This document shows positions 1-12,609 of a stretch of DNA of 64,000 bases, one piece after another (position 1 is the stretch's first letter; every line of letters starts with the position of its first letter). Source of the stretch: Eledone cirrhosa (taxonomy: Eukaryota). Below the pieces are notes generated by a model. That model saw only the letters and a list, made by a program, of their open reading frames with translations. It did not search any database and was not told the DNA's origin. A program made the position numbers and the translations under genes. The stretch is from contig OZ024742.1 of NCBI GenBank assembly GCA_964016885.1, forward strand, positions 71,548,001 to 71,612,000, written 5' to 3'.

Positions 1-263
1 TAAAAACCAAAAAGGGTAGCATTGTACAATACCAAGCTCAGAACAAGCCACTTGAAAGATGCACATGAGACAACACAACATAGAAACAGGGGACAACAAG
101 TGAGTGTCTTTCAAGTGAAAACGGAACTGGATATGGGGCAGACATGCTATGCAAATGGTAACACTGGAAGGAGAAAATTATAAATAGACTTTTTAGAGAG
201 AGAGAGGTAGGTCACACTGGTGAGTAAACAGTAAGTTTGTAAAAAAGGGAGGGTGTAGTATTA

Positions 264-294
264 CACACACACGTACGCGCACGCACGCACGCAT

Positions 295-368
<74 letters not shown>
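264..368. repeat. (CA)n microsatellite
   Basis: Long CA run with a short CGCA interruption. Confidence 0.95.
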
Positions 369-373
<5 letters not shown>

Positions 374-1054
374 GGTTTGTTATTTAAATATTAAAAAATT
401 AATATAAAACAGTTGAAGATACTGCAATTATATACTTTGAAATATCTTATTTGTTTTAAGATAATCCTTTTAAGTTGTCCTTGCCTGTTTGTTTGTTCTA
501 AAAATGCATTGTAATGGATTGTATTAGAAATTATTATTTACATATCAGAGAGAAGGGCTTTTTTTTTGTTTAAAAATAATCCATTATAAAAGGAAAGGAT
601 TCTTGAAAATATTGGCAGAATTCCCTCCATTTCACCTCATACTTGTAATGTTCATTTGCTATCATTAAAGAACACCAAAGTGTTTTAGCAGATGTAAAGG
701 TATAGCGATTACAGTGAAATGTAAAGCAGAACAACTAATAAAAAATCAACCTTCTTTGAAAATCTGATGAGCTGCACTATGTGTTCATTAGACTGTAACA
801 TGAGTCATCACTAGCAAGTTCTTAGCATATTTTCCATTGAAGTTTACCTTGTTTGGGAGAACAGCTTAATCCTCTTGGCACTGTGGGGGACAGAAGTCGC
901 CGATAGAGTAATCTCCCCTTAATACATAATGCAGTATCAAGGAAAGCAATTCATAAAAAAATACAGCCTCCTAAAGTTTAAACTGCTTATCAAATATTGC
1001 TAGATAAAACAAAACAAAATAAAAACATTCTTATTTTCTGATGAAGTTATCAGG

Positions 1055-1350
1055 AAAGTGGTTAGGATGTTGGGCTTGTAATTGGGTGTTTCATTCCTGG
1101 ACCAAGCAGCATATTATCCTTGAGCAAGATGCTTTATTTCACATGGCTCCAGTTTATTCAGCTGGAGAAATGTGTTGTGACGACACTGGTGCCAAGCTGT
1201 ATTGGCACTTGCCTTTTCCTTGGACAACATCAATGGCAGGAAGAGGAGAGACTTGTATTTATGGGCAACTGCTTGTCATCTACAAAACATCTCATCTAGG
1301 ATTGTGTTTTGGAGAGGAACTTTCGAGGTTGAAACCTGGACATTAAATGA
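1055..1350 (+). mobile_element. Old tRNA-derived SINE (family C; different tail from family A)
   Basis: Decayed head plus ccttgagcaagatgctttatttcacatggctccag core, then gccttttccttggacaacatcaatggca; a reverse copy of the same segment lies at 39912-40085. Confidence 0.55.
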
Positions 1351-1439
1351 GAGATCACAGATTTCACATCTCACAGCTACAGGAAGTACTTCAATATACA
1401 GTATTTGAACTGTGTGAAACAGTCAATATAAACACTCTC

Positions 1440-1565
1440 AGTCAATCAGTAGCAGGGGATGAGAATATTTAGCTGTGATAGGCCGAACATTCTCAGCCAA
1501 ACAGTAGCAGGGAATGAGAATATTTAGCTGTGATAGACCAGGAGAATGACAGCCAATCAGTAGTT
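1440..1565. repeat. ~58-bp tandem duplication
   Basis: cagccaatcagtagcagggRatgagaatatttagctgtgatag twice, plus the start of a third copy. Confidence 0.75.
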
Positions 1566-1599
1566 ATGCCCTTAATTCAGTCAATTTATTGATGACAAT

Positions 1600-1913
1600 G
1601 AAGGCGCATGGCTTAGTGGTTAGAGTATTGGGCTTGCAATCGAAAGGTAGGTTGTGAGTTCAATTCTCAAACTGGGTGATGTGTTGTTTCCTTGAGCAAG
1701 ACACTTTATTTCATGTTGCTCCAGTTTACTCAGTTGTAGAATGTGAAGGTGCATGTCTTAGTGGTTAGAGCATTGGGCTTGCAATCGAAAGGTTGTGAGT
1801 TCTATTCTCGGACTGAGTGATGTGTTGTTTCCTTGTGCAAGACACTTTATTTCACGTTGCTCCAGTTTACTCAGCTGTAGAAATGAGATGATAGGACTGG
1901 GGTCCCTATCATT
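1600..1913 (+). mobile_element. SINE family A, two tandem 5' halves (head plus core), 3' part absent
   Basis: gaaggYgcatgKcttagtggttagag starts at 1600 and again at 1745, each followed by B-box-like gagttcWattctc and the ccttgWgcaagacacttt core. Confidence 0.85.
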
Positions 1914-1974
1914 AAATTACCCAAGACACCTCCAACGAGATATACCTTGGAGGAGGCCAGCTAAGCCTGCATAG

Positions 1975-3940
1975 GTGTGAACTGTTGCCCTCACCGATGT
2001 TGAAAAGAAGGCAGCATGAGAGACTGATGAACGAGCAGAATGCATGGGAGAAAGATAGCCTACCCCAAGTTGATCTAACAGAAGGACCAGCTGAGCAAGT
2101 TAGTAAATAAGGCAATTAAGGACATAGAGGCAGGCAAAGCATCTGAGCCATTGGGGAGTAGTTGCTGAGAAGCTGAAAGCAACTGGAATGGAAGGACACA
2201 CCTTAACTACCAGTATCATAAACCAAGTAATACAAAATGGTACTATACCCAATGACTAGCATATCATCATTGCCAACTGTTACAAGGGCAAAAGGGATGT
2301 ACTAAACAGAGGAAACTACTGAGGTATGAAATTGATGGATCAAGTCATGAAAGTTACAGAAAGAGCCATTGTACAACTGATTAGGAACCAAATTAACCTA
2401 GATGAGATGCAGTTCGGGTTTGTCCCAGGAATAAGTATCACATGCTCTCTTCCTTGTGAAGCAACTTCAGAAGTACTTGGCTAGAAGAAAACCCCCCCAT
2501 TTGTTGAGCTGGAAAAAGCATTTGACAGGGTCCCCTGTTCCATAGTCTTGTGGGCACATAGGAAACCAGAGGTAGATGAGTGGCAGTACAGGCCATGTAC
2601 AGAGATGCAGTCATCAAGGTTAAAATTAATAATGACTATAGGAAAGAGTTATTATTGTCCTCTAGGCTATAACAGAAGATATTAAAACTGGATGCCCCCA
2701 GGAATTCCTGTACGCTGATGATCTAACTCTCATAGCTGAATCTATGGCATAACTTGAAATTGAAACATATTAATGGAGGCACATGGCTTAGGGGTTAGAG
2801 CATTAGCCTTGCAATCGAAAGGTTGTGAGTTCAATTCTCAGACCGGGTGATGGGTTGTTTCCTTGAGCAAGACACTTTATTTCAAATTGCTCCAGTTTAC
2901 TCAACTGTAGAAATGAGATGATTGGGACTGGGGTCCATATGATTCCACTGCAAAGTGGTTGTGGAGGTGCCATGACAAAAAAGCACCCAGCACTCACTGT
3001 AAATGAGGTTGGTGTTAGGAAGGGCATCCAGCTGTAGAAATCAAGCCAGAATCAGTTCCCGTCCCACCCTTGCAAGCAAGGAAAAAGCGGACGTAAAATG
3101 AAACGATGATGATGATTAAAGTCAGCTTGGTAAAGACTAAAATTCTAGTAATCAGAAAGAAAAACAAAGCCCTGATCCCTCAGTGTGTAAGAAAGGTGTG
3201 GGGAGAAATTCCATCCTTTGTCTCAAATGCAAACTATAGCTACACAAGAGATGAACTGGTATCTCAGGTAGGTTAGCAAAGAATGCAAGTTCTATATGTG
3301 GTCAATGCACAGGAGCAGTAAGCTGCAAGTACTCACAGGAAACAAGCTCTATCAAATTCTTAGAGGATTCCATGGAGGTAGTTGACAGCTTCTGTTACCT
3401 GGGTGACCAAATTAGCAATGGAGGTGGGTGTTCTGAAAGTACAGTAGCCAGAGTGAGACAGTTCAGAGAGCTTCTATCGCTACTGGCTACAAAAGGTTTC
3501 TCCCTGAAAATGAAGAGAAGATTGTATGATGCATGTATACTAATAGCAATGCTGCATGGTAGTGAGACCTTGGCATTGTATGCAGAGGACCTACAAAGAT
3601 TGGAAAGAAAGGAATACTGCATGCTCCAATGGATGTGTAATAGTAATATACATGAACAACAAAGCGTAAATTACCTGATAGAGAAACTGGGCACAAGAGG
3701 GGTCAGATGCAGTGTGTAGGAGAGGAGATTGCAGTGGTATGGACATGTGATGCATATGGAGGATGACAGCTGTATAAAAAGGTGCAAGGTGCTCAAAGTT
3801 GATGGAAGCTATGGAAGAGGAAGACCTAGCAAAGCTTGGGACGAAGCAATAACAACTGACCTCATACAATTACAACTCTCAAAGGTGATGACAGAGGATT
3901 AAGATCTCTGGCATTATGCAGTACTGCAGAAGGCTCATCA
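1975..3940 (+). mobile_element. Decayed RTE-clade LINE (RT region to C-terminus), interrupted by a SINE
   Basis: Frameshifted homology to the element at 32.3-35.6 kb: DEMQFGFVPG, EKAFDRVP, FLYADDL, EVVDSFCYLGD, AMLHGSET, WYGHVM. Confidence 0.9.
2775..3116 (+). mobile_element. SINE family A, full length (tRNA head, core, RTE-derived body and tail)
   Basis: A box tggcttaggggtt, B box gagttcaattctc, tail cccacccttgcaagcaaggaaaaagcggacgtaaaatg..(gat)n; near-identical to copies at 12.6, 30.3 and 35.6 kb. Confidence 0.92.
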
Positions 3941-4403
3941 TGTAAGGTGCTCATGTTGGTGACATATTAAAAGAGGATCCTGTCCACCTTGTAAAGTGGT
4001 TGTGTTCATGACACAACAAAAATACCTAGCCTACCTTGCAAAGTGGTCAGGTTGGCGACGACAAAAAGCACCAAGTCCACCCTGTAAAGTGATTGTGTTG
4101 GTGACACAGCAAAAAGCGTCTAGTCCACCCTGCAAACTGGTTGGGTTGGTGACCTGACAAAAAGCACTTAATCCCAGTTCAACTTATCTGTTGATCATTT
4201 TGGTGCCACAATAAAAAGCACCCTGTCCACTCTGTAAATGTGGTTGACATTAGGAAGGGCATCCTGCTGTAGAAACCAAGCCAGAAACAGTTCTATATGA
4301 GCAAGACATTGTCATCTGATCTGACTTGTCTCACAATGGGACAACTCATCTAACCCATACTAGCGTGGAAAATGGAGGTTAACCTTTGATGATTATGATG
4401 ATG
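3941..4403 (+). mobile_element. Non-autonomous RTE derivative with ~47-bp tandem monomers, 5'-UTR motif and RTE tail
   Basis: About 6 monomers tgYaaagtggtt..ggtgacacaacaaaaagcacc.agtccaccc, then ttaggaagggcatcc and tail aacccatactagcgtggaaaatgga..(gat)n; relatives at 29123-29390 and 48150-48355 on the minus strand. Confidence 0.7.
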
Positions 4404-4944
4404 GTGTATATATTTATATTTATGTATATCATCATTTAACATCTAATAACTGATGATATGTATGTATATATATACACACACACATCTACATGCCCACACA
4501 ATATGTCAGCAATGTTTATACATCAATAGATATTGATCACAATATCATCCACTGGATATATTTTACTCTTTGTTATTGTGTGATGGTTTCTGACTCAACA
4601 TTTATTGAAAGCAGCAATACAAAAACATTTCACAAGGAAATAGTGCACCCCCACTTCTCACATCCTTCCTCACCCTTCACTCACATCCTTCCCCCTCCCC
4701 TATCATCTCCCCTGTCTCTATATCCTTCCACCCTCTCCTATTAGTACAAATTCCGACCTCCATCTTGCAGTAGAGTTTATTCTCATTCACTCTCCTTTTT
4801 TGTTTGATATTCTTCTCTGTTTGGCTGTTTTCTACTACTATGATTCTCTCTACAACTAAATGGTCAGTTGACTTGCTACCTTACACTTATCATGCTTCAT
4901 TGCATTGTAGTTCAAACACAAGCAAAAAATAATTCTGTGACTCA

Positions 4945-5150
4945 GGGAAGCTGGAGGAGGAAGACATGGTATTTGAGGACATTGAACTGTTGTGTGTGTG
5001 TGTGTGAGACTCATAGAAGCTGGAGGAGGAATACATGGTATTTGAGGATACCAGGCTGTGTGTGTGTGTGAGAGAGAAGGAGAGAGACAGACAGACAGAC
5101 AGGCTCATAGAAGTTGAAGGCAGACGACATGGTAATTGAGGACACTGGAC
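4945..5150. repeat. Three ~40-bp direct repeats separated by (TG)/(GA)/(GACA) microsatellites
   Basis: gaagctggaggaggaaKacatggtatttgagga twice plus a diverged third copy. Confidence 0.7.
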
Positions 5151-5334
5151 TGTTTCGTTTGTGTGATGTATTGTTAAATATTCAAAGTAGCTGGAATTGT
5201 TTTCTCCCTGCTAAAGGTGAAGTTGCCATGAGGTCCTCTTTGAAGCAAGGCTTTATGACCAGCTGCCATTCCTAATATATTGTGTATGTGGTGGATATTT
5301 TATATGTTAGTGAAGAATTAACTAGTAGGTGACT

Positions 5335-5545
5335 GTTGCCTTATTGTTAGTCACAGAAATATGAACCTCTTACTATATATTAATGTTGCCTTATAGTCAC
5401 AGTCACCAGAAATGTGACTCTCTTGTTGCCTTATAGTCATAGTCACCTGAAATGTAAATCTGTTACTATAGATTAGCTGTGCTGCCTTATAGTCACAGTC
5501 ACCAGAAATGTGAATACCTTACTATATATCAGCTGTTTTGCCTAT
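5335..5545. repeat. Degenerate minisatellite
   Basis: Recurrent ttgccttatagtcacagtcaccagaaatgtga. Confidence 0.7.
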
Positions 5546-5988
5546 GTTCCTAGCATTAACACCTGTAAAATCATCTCTATTCTCTAATTCAACTTTTCTT
5601 GTGTAAAAATATTTCATTTCTGAATATGAAAATATTGCAAATGAGAGGTGCCAACAATCTTCACTTTACCACCACCACGACTGTCATCATCGCTATCACC
5701 ACCACCACAACAACAACAACATCAGCAACCCAAAGAAAATATTAGACGTAATTTCTTGTTAATTCAGCTAACTTCTTGTTTAGTCCTAGGTCAACCTCAA
5801 TTGAGTATACATATGATCAAAGGCATTCAAATTATAGCCATTTTATCTGATGTGTCCTTCCCCAAGAAATCATACTATTGTATGATTTCAGGGTAATATG
5901 GCTGTTTTTTCTTGCAAGTAGGAAGCTGTGTAGAGGTCCTCATTGGTAGTGCAGTAGGTAGTGTATTAGTCTCGTAATCTGTATTCAC

Positions 5989-6245
5989 TGGATTTTGGTA
6001 GGATCATTAGTGTGTCAGGGGTTGAACATCCTTTTACATTGAGTTCAAATCCTGCCGAGGTTAGCTTTTCCTTTCATCCTTATGAGGTCTACAAAATAAA
6101 GTACCAGTTATAAACTGGAGTTGATTTAATAAACCCATGCAAGCGTGGAAGGTGGATGTTAAACAATGTTAATGATGATGATGATGATGACTTTCCCCTC
6201 CCTCCAAATTCTTGGCCTTGTGCCTAAATCAGAAACCATTATTAG
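5989..6245 (+). mobile_element. SINE family B with a nested short RTE 3' tail (about 6132-6190)
   Basis: gagttcaaatcctgccgaggttagcttttcctttcatccttatgagg..aaataaagtaccag; tail ggccttgtgcctaaatcagaaaccattatt; split at gatttaat by aacccatgcaagcgtggaaggtggatgttaa..(gat)n. Confidence 0.75.
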
Positions 6246-9200
6246 TAGTTGTCTTCATTTAATTTTGTATGCTGTCACAGTTGTCAGTTTTGAAAGAAAT
6301 CCTGACTGACCACTTCCTCTTTGCACCAGTCCCCATTGAGACCTCTGGCATCAGAAAGATGATGGCCCACTTGAGAAGGGAGTCCCATAAGGCTATTGCA
6401 GTGTATGGCTCTGGCCATTCTCTACAGTAACACTTTTGCGGTTTTATCCTTGGAGCATAGTGACTGCCCTTCCCTTTCTCCCTTTCTTTTGTTGCTTGAT
6501 CATTCTTTTCTTTTTTTTTTCGTTTTCATTTTCTTATTTTCTTTTCTTTTTCTGTTCCCTTTGATAGTGTTTTGTTTTTCTTAGATACTGCTCAATATGT
6601 ATTAGTACTTTACATAAATAGATATATCTTATGAAAATAAAAAAAATAAAATACAAGTCTGTTGGTTGTTCTTAGTTTCCTATGATATTAGAATTGGTTA
6701 AAGTAAGGCAGTGTATGACATGTTGTATATATTTAATTGGGATTAGTTATATATTATATTAGAGTTGGTTAAAACACAGCAGAATGTAATGGAACACTTG
6801 TAGTTATTGTCTGTCTGTGTAATGGAAATTAGAAATATTTAGGGTATGTATAGTACTTTATTTAGAATGGTGGACTATAGGAGGAGGCATTTTAAGGTAG
6901 TAAAAATACAATGAGTGGGAGAAGAGGTGAGAAAATTTGTTCAGCTTCTAATAAGGTGGTAGTTGGGTACATGTTCATACAAATGGAATAGTGGTTGTGG
7001 ATACACATTTGTGAGATCTGTAGAATACTGTGTTAACTGGATGGTATTGAGGGTGTTGATTGTTATTAAGGTGGATATGTATAGTGAAGTTGATATTTAA
7101 TTTTTTTTGCGGGGGGATCAATTGGTGAGCTAATTTAAGGGAAAATGTGGGTTTTATTTACTACTTAAAAAGTTTTAGGTCAGTTGGTTGACATTAGACA
7201 GTGTACAGTTAGTGTATTTCTGTCCAAGGTATGATTTTATGGTTTTTATGTGTGAGGTTTTGTGTACCGTTAAATCCTTCCTAGGTGCTTAAACTTAACT
7301 CTTCACCACTGAGCTTCTAGATATTTTGTGACCTCTACACTGGGTTCCTTGACCAAATTTATATATATAAATAAATAAATTATGCCTGTAAGGCTTTGTT
7401 TAGTGATGCGATTCCAGAAAAATTGAAAAAATTTAGACAAACCCAATAATGTATTTCTCATGATCATATAAACCATAGGTGATATGAATTGAGGCGTTTA
7501 TGAACCAGGACACTTGGCAGATGAAAGATTAGCCACTTACATTGTGGCCACGAATTAGGCTACTAATGACCAAAGAATTAAATATCAATAACAAACAACT
7601 CTACCGTGCATAACCACCGTAACATCTCAAAGTATCTGGAGGATACATTGAAACTTATAAGACTTTTTTATAATGTAAAAAAGGTATTTATATTGGACCC
7701 TGGCTATACTGAAAACTTTGCAGTAATTGGCAACAACTATGTGGATGTCCAATGAGATGTTAAACACTTCAGTGTAGCCAAGACAAAGGTAGTATTTGGT
7801 GAATTGCCCTCTTAAAGTGTCTCAGTTCTACTCAATGGTGAGATTGTGGATGTAGTCAATCATTCTAAGATCTTTGGTGATATTTTCAGTACTGTAGATC
7901 TAGGTAAAGATAAGACATATGGGTGTATCAACTTTGTATATACTATATTTTTCTCTGCAAAACCAGTTTGAATCTAAGTCAGAGATCCATCTACTGTTTA
8001 GTTACAGGATGTGGCCCATAAGAACAATAGACTTATGCATCAGAGATCCCTCTAATACATAGTTATTGGATGTGGCCATGAGAATAACAGACTATGCAAA
8101 CTGGAAGTATTTGAACACCTTTTACTTCTGCCAAATCTTCTATGTTCATACTCACCATTTTAAGACAAACTCCAGAGTTAGTTTTCCATGTCCGCTTGAT
8201 ATAGATCTCCTCTTGGGTGAGGTAGAAAATGGGGCTTAGTACAATTGGGTTTAATCTTCAATTGATATCTGGCTCTTACATATATGATGTTTGCTGGTGG
8301 AATTACAACTAGCTAATAATCTCCATAGTAGATGTCTGTGATCTACCAAACATGGCCAACTTCTGTTCCTGGTGTTGTACCTTGATTTGTTGGAACTGGC
8401 TTAACTCATCCCAGGTGAACACCAACACAATTAAGGGTGTCTTAAATTTATTCGAATCAATCTGGTATACTTCTAAATTGAGGTTTTCTAAAGTTACATT
8501 ACCAGCATACTTAATCAGTATTGTTGTTTCTTCAACTATCCTGAACTTGGTGAATTTTGTAGAAAATCATTCACTAGTCTACTCAATGATGTTTGATAAT
8601 TTCTTTTGAATAATTTGAATACCTGTTTTCCCATTACCAAGATCAATCGTGTCCTTTTTAAGGTTTAGGAACATCTTGAAAGTGCCCTTACTGATATCTT
8701 GTTGAAAGCCCCCTCCAGAGAAAACGTGACCAACTTTGTTTTGTTTGGCATGTTTTATGGCTAGATGTCCTTCCTATTAACATGCCATGACTTTTATGAG
8801 TGGATACCCTTCCTATAACCAATTCAAAACGTAAAATGGGTGTATCTTATTGTGCCACTTGCGCTAGACATGTTCTCTGCAACTGAACAAAATAGTCTGC
8901 TCTGCCCTATATCACTTTTGAATCAACATGTTTGTTACAACCTTCCTCAATGGGTTGCTCACTATACAATACAGGTAGCAGTGTTTCTTTATTCATCAAA
9001 AGCTAAAGTATCACACTTTGTGTAGATCTTCAGCTAACATTAAGTATACAACTCCAAAATCTTTATCAATGAAGGTAATTGAGAATGTTCATTACAGATG
9101 TGGTCACCTATTTTATACATTTAATGATAAATTAATTGCTTTCAGTGTGTAAAGTAAGTAGATTATTGGTTGGGTTGTGCTTCTAGGGAGGGGGGTGGGG

Positions 9201-9460
9201 GTATGTATGTGTGTGTATATGTATTCTAGGAACTGTGTACAGCAGTGGGTGAGGTAGGTATTGTACAAACACACACACACACACCTATATGTCTGTTACA
9301 CACTTGTGTATTCATGTGTATATTTATATGTATTATACATATGTGTGAATATAGAAAGAATGGGTGTTCAGTGGTATAAAGGCCTCCATGTCAGTGGTAT
9401 AATGGTTGTAGTATTTTGGTAGTAATATTAATGGGGATAATGGTTGTAGTATTGGTAAAT

Positions 9461-11295
9461 ATTACAGTAGTGGTTGTAGTATTACAGTAGCAGTTGTAGT
9501 ATTACAGTAGCAGTTGTAGTATTACAGTAGCAGTTGTAGTATTACAGTAGCGGTTGTAGTATTACTGTAGCGGTTGTAGTATTACAGTAGCAGTTGTAGT
9601 ATTACAGTAGCAGTTGTAGTATTACTGTAGCGGTTGTAGTATTACTGTAGCGGTTGTAGTATTACAGTAGCGGTTGTAGTATTACAGTAGCGGTTGTAGT
9701 ATTACAGTAGCGGTTGTAGTATTACAGTAGCGGTTGTAGTATTACAGTAGCGGTTGTAGTATTACTGTAGCGGTTGTACTATTACTGTAGCGGTTGTAGT
9801 ATTACTGTAGCAGTTGTAGTATTACAGTAGCAGTTGTAGTATTACAGTAGCAGTTGTAGTATTACAGTAGCAGTTGTAGTATTACAGTAGCGGTTGTAGT
9901 ATTACTGTAGCAGTTGTAGTATTACTGTAGCGGTTGTAGTATTACTGTAGCGGTTGTAGTATTACAGTAGCGGTTGTAGTATTACAGTAGCGGTTGTAGT
10001 ATTACAGTAGCGGTTGTAGTATTACAGTAGCAGTTTTAGCATTACAGTAGCAGTTGTAGCATTACAGTACCAGTTGTAGTATTACAGTAGCAGTTGTAGT
10101 ATTACAGTAGTGGTTGTAGTATTACAGTAGTGGTTGTAGTATTACAGTAGTGGTTGTAGTATTACAGTAGCAGTTGTAGCATTACATTAATGATTGTAGC
10201 ATTACAGTAGCGGTTGTAGTATTACAGTAGCGGTTGTAGTATTACAGTAGCGGTTGTAGTATTACAGTAGCGGTTGTAGTATTACAGTAGTGGTTGTAGT
10301 ATTACAGTAGCAGTTGTATTACAGTAGTGGCTGTAGTATTACAGTAGCAGTTGTAGTATTACAGTAGCGGTTGTAGTATTACAGTAGCGGTTGTAGTATT
10401 ACAGTAGTGACTATAGTATTACAGTAGCGGTTGTAGTATTACAGTAGTGGTTGTAGTATTACAGTAGCAGCTGTAGCATTACAGTAGCGGTTGTAGCATT
10501 ACAGTAGCGGTTGTAGCATTACAGTAGCGGTTGTAGCATTACAGTAGCGGTTGTAGTATTACAGTAGTGGTTGTAGTATTACAGTAGCGGTTGTAATACT
10601 ACAGTAGCGGTTGTAGTACTACAGTAGCGGTTGTAGCATTACAGTAGCGGTTGTAGCATTACAGTAGCGGTTGTAGCATTACTGTAGCGGTTGTAGTACT
10701 ACAGTAGCGGTTGTAGTACTACAGTAGCGGTGTAGCATTACTGTAGCGGTTGTAGCATTACAGTAGCGGTTGTAGTATTACTGTAGCGGTTGTAGTATTA
10801 CTGTAGCGGTTGTAGTACTACAGTAGCGGTTGTAGCATTACTGTAGTGGTTGTAGTATTACTGTAGCGGTTGTAGTACTACTGTAGCGGTTGTAGTACTA
10901 CAGTAGCGGTTGTAGCATTACTGTAGTGGTTGTAGTATTACAGTAGCGGTTGTAGTACTACAGTAGCAGTTGTAGCATTACTGTAGCGGTTGTAGTATTA
11001 CAGTAGCGGTTGTAGCATTACAGTAGCGGTTGTAGCATTACAGTAGCGGTTGTAGTATTACAGTAGCGGTTGTAGCATTACTGTAGCGGTTGTAGTACTA
11101 CAGTAGCGGTTGTAGCATTACTGTAGTGGTTGTAGCATTACAGTAGCGGTTGTAGCACTACTGTAGTGGTTGTAGTACTACAGTAGCGGTTGTAGCATTA
11201 CTGTAGCGGTTGTAGTACTACAGTAGCGGTTGTAGCATTACTGTAGCGGTTGTAGTACTACAGTAGCGGTTGTAGCATTACTGTAGTGGTTGTAG
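9461..11295. repeat. 20-bp minisatellite, about 92 copies
   Basis: Unit attacagtagcggttgtagt with a few recurrent variants (cag/cgg/tgg, ctg, gcatt, gtact). Confidence 0.97.
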
Positions 11296-11386
11296 AATTT
11301 GCTGTGGTGTTTGTACTAATTGGCATCAACTGTAATTTATCAGAAATATTTTGAGCCTTTTTATTAAACAGTCTAGTTGTCCCTAG

Positions 11387-12430
11387 CACCACTACTACAC
11401 ACCACTGCTACACACCACCACCACTACTACACACCACTGCTACACACCACCACCACTACTACACACCACTGCTACACACCACCACCACTACTACACACCA
11501 CCACCGCTACTACACACCACTACTACACACCACCACCACTACTACACACCACCACCACTACTACACACCACCACCACTACTACACACCACTGCTACACAC
11601 CACCACCACTACTACACACCACTGCCACACACCACCACCACTACTACACACCACCACCGCTACTACACACCACCACCACTACTACACACCACCACCACTA
11701 CTACACACCACGACCATTGCCACTACCACACACCACCACCACCACCACCACTACCACACACCACCACCACACACCACCACCACTACCACACACCACCACC
11801 ACTGCCACACACCACCACCACTACCACACACCACCACCACTGCCACACACCACCACCACTACCACACACCACCACCACCACCACACACCACCACCACCAC
11901 CACCACTGCCAAACACCACCACCACTGCCACACACCACCACCACCACTACTACACACCACTGCCACACACCACCACCACTTCTAAACACCACCACCACTG
12001 CCACACACCACCACCACACACCCTCACCACCACTACTACACACCACCACCACTGCCACACACCACTGCCACTGCCACACCACACCACCACTGCCACACCA
12101 CACCACCACTACTACACACCACCACCACACACCACCACCACTGCTACACACCACCACCACTGCCACACACCACCACCACTGCCACACACCACCACCACTG
12201 CCACACACCACCACTGCCACACACCACCACCACCACTGCCACTACTACACACCACCACCACTACCACACACCACCACCACTGCGACACACCAGCACCACT
12301 ACTACACACCACCACTGCCACCACTAAAGTCACCACCTCCACTACACACCACCATCACTACTACATATCACCACCACAACCACTACTACACACCACCACC
12401 ACCACCACTACATACCACCACCACCACTTC
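11387..12430. repeat. C/A-rich variable minisatellite (ACC/ACT/ACAC-based, 14-20-bp units)
   Basis: Repeats such as caccaccaccactactaca and caccaccactgccaca; source of the His/Thr/Pro ORFs. Confidence 0.95.
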
Positions 12431-12609
12431 CCTTAACCCCTTATCTCAATGGTTAAATTAGACTTATTGTATAACTACTACCTAAAACCACCAAGAAATC
12501 AATCAACCAGAACTGTCAACCAGTTCACACTAACTTCCTACCTCCTGCTTCTCCTCCATACCACCCATGATTAAATGTCTCAGAATTATTTTAGATCTCT
12601 TTCATTTTT

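Noticed and set aside
2775-2850. Possible tRNA gene (loop cttgcaa)
   Set aside because: A/B boxes are present, but there is no closing acceptor stem or poly-T terminator, and each copy continues into a SINE body.
6660-8740. Possible very old LINE remnants (e.g. FSVAKTKVV..LNGEIVDVV near 7770-7880)
   Set aside because: Too decayed to assign clade or boundaries by eye.
11377-12436. His/Thr/Pro-rich ORFs resembling metal-binding or mucin proteins
   Set aside because: Translations of an ACC/ACT minisatellite; the same pattern appears in shifting frames with no supported splice structure.
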